This document shows, piece after piece, positions 58,088-64,000 of a stretch of DNA of 64,000 nt (its first letter is position 1; each line of letters opens with the position of its first letter). The DNA lies in the IMG/VR virus record IMGVR_UViG_3300037424_001076, positions 17,928 to 81,927 of that record. The stretch is one strand, 5' to 3'. The stretch comes from a virus. Its lineage: Duplodnaviria; Caudoviricetes. The translations under genes were made by a program, and so were the position numbers. The notes under the pieces are model-generated. The model was given only the letters and a program-made list of their open reading frames with translations, made no database searches and had not been told where the DNA came from.

Positions 58088-59156
58088 TTTCTACCTCCTC
58101 TCCAACTTCCCTCAATGCTGCAATAACCACCTTTTGTTCTGCATCGGTAAGGCCCGGGAATAACGGAATAGTCAATAAATACTGCCACATTCTTTCTGCT
58201 ACTGGCGTTTGACCGGGCAGATTATAGAAACTTTGAAGTGTAACTGGCCTATAATGAATTTGGGTTTTCACTCGATACTCTAGAAGTTTTTCAATATATT
58301 TATCACGATGCTTTGTAGCGATAATATAAATGTGTCTCGCATTTGTTCGATCTCTTTTCTGGATGATCCTGCCAAGATTCATGTCATCAATTGCTTCATC
58401 ATATACCTCTGCCAATTTTTGTCTTTCCCATACTAATTCTGGAATTCTCTTTATCTGGTTTAAGCACAATCCCGCATGGATATCTGACATTCTATAATTA
58501 TATCCAAGGAAAACCATGTCCCCAAACACCCGACCATGATTTCTAAATGCTTTCATTCGGGCATAGGTATGTAAATTATCTGTTGTTATGACTCCACCTT
58601 CACCACTCGTTATGAGTTTTGAAGCATGTAAACTGAAACAATTTAGATCCGCAAGAGTCCCAACTTTCTGATCTTTATACGTTGCTCCCAATGAATGACA
58701 TGCATCAGCTATTATTTTAAGTCCATGTTTTTCCGCAATTTCTTTGAGTTCACTATAATCTGCTGGCTGACCAGCAAAATCAACAGGAATAATTGCCTTT
58801 GTTCTATCAGTTATCTTTCTTTCAACATCCTCTGGATCAATTAAGAGTGTCTTTTCGGATACATCTGCGAATATGGGACTTGCATTCATATACCTAACGG
58901 CATTCGCCGTTGCCACAAACGTCATAGATGGCACGATCACTTCATCCCCCGGCCCGATCCCTGCTGCCATTAATGCCATATGAAGTGCTGCCGTCCCACT
59001 CGAAACTGCTACAGCATACTTTGATCCTACTGACCTCTTGAATTCATCTTCGAATGCTTCAATGATCTCACCTTGGGTTATCGATTTACTTCTTAGCACT
59101 CGGACAACTTCTTCGACGTCCTCTTCTTCAAGATGGTGTTTAGCATAGGGAATCAA
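58080..59156 (-). CDS. pseC: UDP-4-amino-4,6-dideoxy-HexNAc transaminase (PseC-like DegT family)
   Basis: MIPYAKH..TQG..SSGTAALH..TFVATAN..DACHSLGA..SLH.SK.IT.GEGG..LGYNYRMSD. Confidence 0.88.
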   Translation of the reverse strand: MIPYAKHHLEEEDVEEVVRVLRSKSITQGEIIEAFEDEFKRSVGSKYAVAVSSGTAALHMALMAAGIGPGDEVIVPSMTFVATANAVRYMNASPIFADVSEKTLLIDPEDVERKITDRTKAIIPVDFAGQPADYSELKEIAEKHGLKIIADACHSLGATYKDQKVGTLADLNCFSLHASKLITSGEGGVITTDNLHTYARMKAFRNHGRVFGDMVFLGYNYRMSDIHAGLCLNQIKRIPELVWERQKLAEVYDEAIDDMNLGRIIQKRDRTNARHIYIIATKHRDKYIEKLLEYRVKTQIHYRPVTLQSFYNLPGQTPVAERMWQYLLTIPLFPGLTDAEQKVVIAALREVGEEVENG

Positions 59157-59240
59157 TGTTCCTCAACTCTCTTTCTATCAAGTCCTCCATAAAATAATTA
59201 AAGCACTCACGTAGTGAATGCCATTTCATAACACATATTC

Positions 59241-59504
59241 CTATGAAAATGTTATCCCTTTTTTCTTACAAGCCGAGACTACATATGTTTCGTCTTCTGT
59301 CTTTTCAACAATAATGAGATATTCAGGTGGGCATTCACCTTGTTCTACCTCATCGAATAGATCCGATACAGCTATGTATTCTACTGAATCCCTATGGAAC
59401 ATCATTTCTGCCCTATATATCAACATTCTCCCAGTGATTGCCATTACTAACTCTGGCGATTCTAAAATATCTGTCCTTGAAATATTGAACGTTCCTAATC
59501 TCAA
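59241..59504 (-). CDS. Hypothetical phage protein
   Basis: EY.A.S..FDEV..GE..PEY motif; RBS present. Confidence 0.6.
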   Translation of the reverse strand: MRLGTFNISRTDILESPELVMAITGRMLIYRAEMMFHRDSVEYIAVSDLFDEVEQGECPPEYLIIVEKTEDETYVVSACKKKGITFS

Positions 59505-59540
59505 AGATTATCTTCCCTCTTTCTGGTCAGATTTAATAAC

Positions 59541-60026
59541 TGATCGCTCAAACATCATGCTTGAAATCGTTTGTTTTGGCTCACTCATGGAATTTGTTCT
59601 TCATCGGATAATTTGGTTCACTCGCGTTATTTGGGTTACTCATGGCAACTGATTCACTCGCAAGGACTGGAACTCTCCTCCCCTGTGGTTCACTCCTGTT
59701 CTCTGGGCATCTCTTCTGACCCGGTTCATTCGTTTTCTTTGCTTTTTTCACACATTATAATTCTCTCCGTTGATATGATTGAACTCAAATTCTGGATCGT
59801 TCAGGTGTTATGACACTATCCCTTTCCACTGGCTCACTCATCTTATGTGCTTCTATCTCTTATCTTGATTCACTCCGTTTTTTTGGCATTCTCATTCTTA
59901 TTGATTCGTTCAGGTGACATGATGCTATCCCTTTCTCTGACTCACTCCTTCATGATGGGGTTTCTCAACACTTCTGGTTCACTCCCACACAATGCTTAAA
60001 TCTTTTTCCATGGTTCGCTCATTTAC
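59541..60026 (-). ncRNA. TIGR-like dual-repeat array 2 (~14 edge repeats, ~36-nt period), orphan, interrupted by IS608-like element
   Basis: Same TG(G/A)(T/C)TC(A/G)CT motif at 59541, 59577, 59614, 59650, 59686, 59722, (59758 degenerate), 59793, 59830, 59866, 59902, 59938, 59975, 60011. Confidence 0.85.
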
Positions 60027-60360
60027 CACTTGTTGCCGTAAAGCCCCTTGTTTTAACTATGGGGGTATAAGGCAAATCCATAAACTACCTGTCCAGAACA
60101 TACCTGAATGATGTTATAATTGATCTAATATGATCTTTGAAAATTGAACATATGAGGTTGTGGTAGAAAGTCTGCCACGTAAAATGTTCAACGAGCAATG
60201 CATATTAAATGGCGAAATGCGATAACCAAGCAGTAGCCAATGCGGTAAAAGGTAAATTAATTTTTAAACGATGGGACACATCGGGTTAGCTTGGTTAATA
60301 AACTGTCATCAAGACGGTCTTTCCCAAGAATCCCCTAGCTTTAGCTATGGGGAGTGTCAA
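60027..60360 (+). mobile_element. Non-autonomous IS200/IS605 (IS608-like) element, copy 2, 334 bp
   Basis: After TTAC (60023-60026), ends TCAA (60357-60360); near-identical to 2618-2951 with different flanks. Confidence 0.9.
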
Positions 60361-60388
60361 GAATGGTCTAACCTCTATGGTAATGGGC

Positions 60389-61387
60389 CTACATAATACC
60401 TTTTGCAATATCATTTATGCTCAAAAAATCATCATTTTCATTACTTACATACTGTGCTTTCTTAAAAGGTTCTCCATTAATTGTTCCTCTTTGAAACCAA
60501 TTTTGAGGACTTTCTATGATAAAAAAATCACCAGCATCAATTGTCATAGGGGCTTCTTGCTCACTGATAAGAGCCTCATGAAGTTTTTCCCCTTCTCTTA
60601 TGCCGATAAATTTATTATCCGACTTCGGAGCTATAGCCCTTTTTAGATCTAGAATTCTAACACTCGGAATCTTAGGGATGAATATCTCCCCACCACGCAT
60701 CACTTTAATTGCACTCGCTACAATCTCACATGCTTTTTCTGGTTTTAACCAGAATCTAGTCATTCTAGGATCAGTAATTGTGATCGGCTGACCTTCATCT
60801 CTTTGGCTAATCATAAGTGGTACAACACTGCCACGCGATCCAATCACATTTCCATATCGAACACAACTAAATCTGGTTTTCGTTCCACTTGCATAAGCAT
60901 TCCCATTAATGAATAATCTTTCAGATAAAAACTTTGTTCCTCCATATGTGTTGCTCGGACTACACGCCTTATCTGTGCTTATGCCCATGACACGTTCAAC
61001 ATTTTCGTCGATCGCAGATTCAATCAAATTTTGGACCCCTATCACGTTTGTCTTAACTGCCTCGTAAGGGTTATATTCACAAGCAGGAACTTGTTTCAAG
61101 GCTGCTGCATGTATTACTATATCAACGCCATGCAGCGCTCTCCTTAGACGTTCTCTATCCCTTACATCACCAATAAAAAAACGAATACGTTCATCATCGT
61201 ATCCATTCATTCTCATCTCATGTTGCTTTAATTCATCTCTTGAGAAGATAATAATTCTCTTTGGCTTTTCTTTTTCTAAAATCCACTTCACAAAAAAATG
61301 GCCGAACGTACCAGTTCCCCCGGTAATTAGAATCTGCTTATCAAGAAAACAATAAGGCACTTGTCCGCTTCCCCCTCTAATTTCCAT
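60389..61387 (-). CDS. pseB: UDP-N-acetylglucosamine 4,6-dehydratase (inverting), PseB/FlaA1 family
   Basis: LITGGTGTFG..FSRDELKQ..HAAALKQVPACEYNP..STDKA..YGGTK..RYGNVIGSRGSV..MTRFW. Confidence 0.93.
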   Translation of the reverse strand: MEIRGGSGQVPYCFLDKQILITGGTGTFGHFFVKWILEKEKPKRIIIFSRDELKQHEMRMNGYDDERIRFFIGDVRDRERLRRALHGVDIVIHAAALKQVPACEYNPYEAVKTNVIGVQNLIESAIDENVERVMGISTDKACSPSNTYGGTKFLSERLFINGNAYASGTKTRFSCVRYGNVIGSRGSVVPLMISQRDEGQPITITDPRMTRFWLKPEKACEIVASAIKVMRGGEIFIPKIPSVRILDLKRAIAPKSDNKFIGIREGEKLHEALISEQEAPMTIDAGDFFIIESPQNWFQRGTINGEPFKKAQYVSNENDDFLSINDIAKGIM

Positions 61388-61393
61388 CCATTT

Positions 61394-61597
61394 TTATTCC
61401 CTCGCTATCGCCGCATTTGCCCACATTACGACTTCTTCCAATTTTGTATTCGCCAAAGATTTTTCTCGACTGTTTGGACATAAACTATTGATCATATATG
61501 CAAGTTCTTTTGCCTTTTCTCTAATTTCGAAATACTTTTCAGGTTGTCCGGGTTTTGGTGGATGGTATTTATAATTATGTTCAATCATTGGATTCAA
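61394..61597 (-). CDS. Acb2/Tad1-like hairpin protein (possible immune-signal sponge)
   Basis: YH.P...Q.E.Y..IR.KAKELA..I..LCP.SREKSLA.TKLEE..MWANAAIAR. Confidence 0.6.
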   Translation of the reverse strand: MNPMIEHNYKYHPPKPGQPEKYFEIREKAKELAYMINSLCPNSREKSLANTKLEEVVMWANAAIARE

Positions 61598-61612
61598 ATT
61601 AATTCAACCCCC

Positions 61613-62356
61613 CTAGATACCTTTTAATGGTACATTCACCCTTGGGTCAATATCTTTTGATATATCAAACTTAACAATTCTGTTTCCCCACTTTTTTTCT
61701 AGCAATATCAAATGTTCTAATTCTTTTTGTTTAGTCCTATACGAAACAACCCCACCAACTTTATTGATGTGATTGACTAGATAATAGAATTTATTAAATC
61801 TGAGAATTTTATGGTAACGATACAAGACTTGGAGGCACATATCATAGTCCTCTTTAAGGTAAATTCTCTCGTCATATCTAAACTCATTATTACAGAATGC
61901 CTGAAATGGCCCCAAGCACACCGACAACATAGAAAACGGGGAATACTCTCGATAAAATTTTGGGTCAGATTGCACATTTAATCCCCACATAACCGTTCCT
62001 AAATCACGGCACATCTGAAAACCATTTTTCAATAAATCTTCCACTTGTTCACAATTCAATTTGATTTGTTTTCTATTTTCGATCATTCCCACATGTTCAT
62101 AATCATCATCAACTATAGCTATATTTCCTTTTCCCATATCGCTAAAATGATTCATGATATAATTTCTTTTCCTGACTATATTCCCATCACCCTCATCCGG
62201 GATTACCAATAACTCGCAACCATTACTATATTGATACTTTTCATATTCATCTCTTTGGCTTTCAGGGATAACAATCTTCGCATTCCTAAATACCTTATCA
62301 CTGCTGACTCCACCAGCTCGCTTATAAGAGATAATAAACACTTGATAATTTGCCAT
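61613..62356 (-). CDS. GREB1/TAGT-like GT-A glycosyltransferase
   Basis: IISYKR..RKRNYI..VDDD (DxD)..KEDYD..LQ..GG. Confidence 0.72.
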   Translation of the reverse strand: MANYQVFIISYKRAGGVSSDKVFRNAKIVIPESQRDEYEKYQYSNGCELLVIPDEGDGNIVRKRNYIMNHFSDMGKGNIAIVDDDYEHVGMIENRKQIKLNCEQVEDLLKNGFQMCRDLGTVMWGLNVQSDPKFYREYSPFSMLSVCLGPFQAFCNNEFRYDERIYLKEDYDMCLQVLYRYHKILRFNKFYYLVNHINKVGGVVSYRTKQKELEHLILLEKKWGNRIVKFDISKDIDPRVNVPLKGI

Positions 62357-62359
62357 GAT

Positions 62360-63013
62360 TCACACAATCCTATCTAAGATATCAGCACCACGAATTACCC
62401 TTCCAATTCCCTTTCTTATATAACCCTCTTTGCTATCGATGGCATGTTTTGATCTTATATTAAATTTATCTTGGGCAACTTGCCAATCTAATGTGTTATC
62501 AAAATAGAGCACAATATAATTGTGTTCCTCAAGAAGTTCCTCAGTAAATTCAAATTCAGGCGCTTCACTTTCCATAGGTGAAAACTTATCCATAATTTTA
62601 TCTACTTCTTTTTCATCGAAACCAATGGACTCAAAATCTACCGGGTCAATCTCACCAAGCAATAAATGTAATTTTTCAAGATCCCAATCCCCACTTATTT
62701 TATTTAAGGCTATATTTAATTTCTTTTCCTTTTTCTCATCGACACTTATAACAGAAACTTGGATCTCTTCGTAACCAAGTTCCTTCATGACTTTCACCCT
62801 TTGATGTCCACCCACGATCCTATTTGTTTTTTCATTCCAGATAATAGGTTCAACATAATCATAAGATTGTAGCGATTTTTTTAACTTTTTATACTCCGGG
62901 TCACTAGGTTTAAGATCAGCCCTTGGGTTATAATCAGCAGGAATGAGGAGATCAATATTCATCATCCTTAATTGAATATTAGTAACCTTGACTGGTTTTA
63001 TATCTCCATCCAT
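62360..63013 (-). CDS. ParB/Srx N-terminal domain protein
   Basis: PADYNPR..L..SL..Y.YVEPIIWN..IVGGHQR..LNIALNKISG.WD. Confidence 0.9.
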   Translation of the reverse strand: MDGDIKPVKVTNIQLRMMNIDLLIPADYNPRADLKPSDPEYKKLKKSLQSYDYVEPIIWNEKTNRIVGGHQRVKVMKELGYEEIQVSVISVDEKKEKKLNIALNKISGDWDLEKLHLLLGEIDPVDFESIGFDEKEVDKIMDKFSPMESEAPEFEFTEELLEEHNYIVLYFDNTLDWQVAQDKFNIRSKHAIDSKEGYIRKGIGRVIRGADILDRIV

Positions 63014-63544
63014 TTAATCAATTTCCCCCTCGTTCATTGGGTTATTTGAAATTATATTTAATGAGTTGAATTTTTCAATTAATTTTTGTTTTACATCTTC
63101 AACTTGAACTGGACTACCACCGGGCCCACTAATTTCATGACTTTCCCTTTTACCCCAACGATCTGGATATTTTCTTTCTAATCTCCAAGCTGCAGCTTGC
63201 CATGATAATAAAGAAGCACGTCCAATAGTATTCACATCACGAATTTCTGCATCAGCCTGAGCCTTTCTTATTGCCACTGAAAATTCCATAAATGGTGTTT
63301 CCGATTTTATAGGTCTTGCATCTTGGTCTTTATTAAGTCTTTCTTCTTCCCTCGATCCTCTTCTCATCCAATCTCTAATCGTGGATTGGGCTAAACCAAC
63401 ATAAGATGCAGCAGTTTCCATATAATTTCCAGCTTTTATTAACATAATTATTTTATCTTGGATTTCCTTTGTTATCTTGGTAGGTCTGCCTACACTTTTA
63501 GGCATAACACTCACTCCCCATAAAAATAGCAAAAACGACCTCAA
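63014..63544 (-). CDS. Terminase small subunit-like HTH protein
   Basis: GRPTK..I..G...ETAA..G....T..W..G..WQAAAW.LER.YP..WG. Confidence 0.78.
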   Translation of the reverse strand: MRSFLLFLWGVSVMPKSVGRPTKITKEIQDKIIMLIKAGNYMETAASYVGLAQSTIRDWMRRGSREEERLNKDQDARPIKSETPFMEFSVAIRKAQADAEIRDVNTIGRASLLSWQAAAWRLERKYPDRWGKRESHEISGPGGSPVQVEDVKQKLIEKFNSLNIISNNPMNEGEID

Positions 63545-63655
63545 AAGAAGCCGTTTTGTATACTTGTCTAACTATTACACCTTAAATATAGCATAGTTCA
63601 TACAGATTGTATACGGACAAAACCCTGCCAAAACTCTGCCAATTTTCTGCCACAA

Positions 63656-63976
63656 CTAAAAAATGATTCTTTTTCCATAATATATAGTCCTTTCCAACTT
63701 GACCAACGCCCTCGCCTTAGTTCTTCTTGCATTTCTTTCGCTAATTTTCATGTCTCCACATATACGATAAAACGGTTCGCCATCTATCACTTTTCTTTTT
63801 ATGATCTCATATTCAAAACGAGTTAATGCCTTTAATGCACCATCTAATATTTCTAATCTCTGATATATCACAGTTATTTTTTCTTCCAGCTCTTTTCTTC
63901 TCCCAATTAAATTAAGAGCATCCATCTCAGTTGGTTTAGATATATTATAACTTGTACCAACCTTTTCCAAGTTCAT
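63656..63976 (-). CDS. RinA/ArpU-like late transcriptional activator (C-terminal part; may start beyond window)
   Basis: L.AL...E..II......G......C....ISER...R....AL..L; upstream of terS. Confidence 0.65.
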   Translation of the reverse strand: MNLEKVGTSYNISKPTEMDALNLIGRRKELEEKITVIYQRLEILDGALKALTRFEYEIIKRKVIDGEPFYRICGDMKISERNARRTKARALVKLERTIYYGKRIIF

Positions 63977-64000
63977 CGCAGATATACCAGTCGCTTCCAG

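Noticed and set aside
59571-59813. Plus-strand 80-aa ORF
   Set aside because: Translation of array 2 repeats; same artefact

Overview
AT-rich 64 kb segment of a temperate siphovirus-type phage (prophage or phage-plasmid). Its host is probably an endospore-forming Bacillota, since it carries SpoIIID and two sporulation-type sigma factors. Essentially all real genes are on the minus strand. In transcription order (right to left): late activator, TerS, a ParB-N/glycosyltransferase pair and a ~12 kb nonulosonic-acid (Pse/Leg-type) sugar pathway with two sigma factors, a frameshifted TerL, portal, head, tail and holin genes, a replication gene with iterons, a long run of small early genes under a repeated operator/promoter, a ParA module and a tyrosine recombinase. 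The main find is a TIGR-Tas-like RNA-guided system. A nuclease-less Nop-domain (IS110-related) protein (4834-5775) is followed by an unannotated ~38-unit, ~36-nt-period dual-repeat array (~3366-4820). A second, orphan array of the same type (~14 units) lies 55 kb away (59541-60026). Two 334-bp non-autonomous IS608-like elements that keep a TnpB-type right-end RNA scaffold sit next to or inside these arrays. All calls come from reading the sequence and recalled family motifs; no database searches were run.
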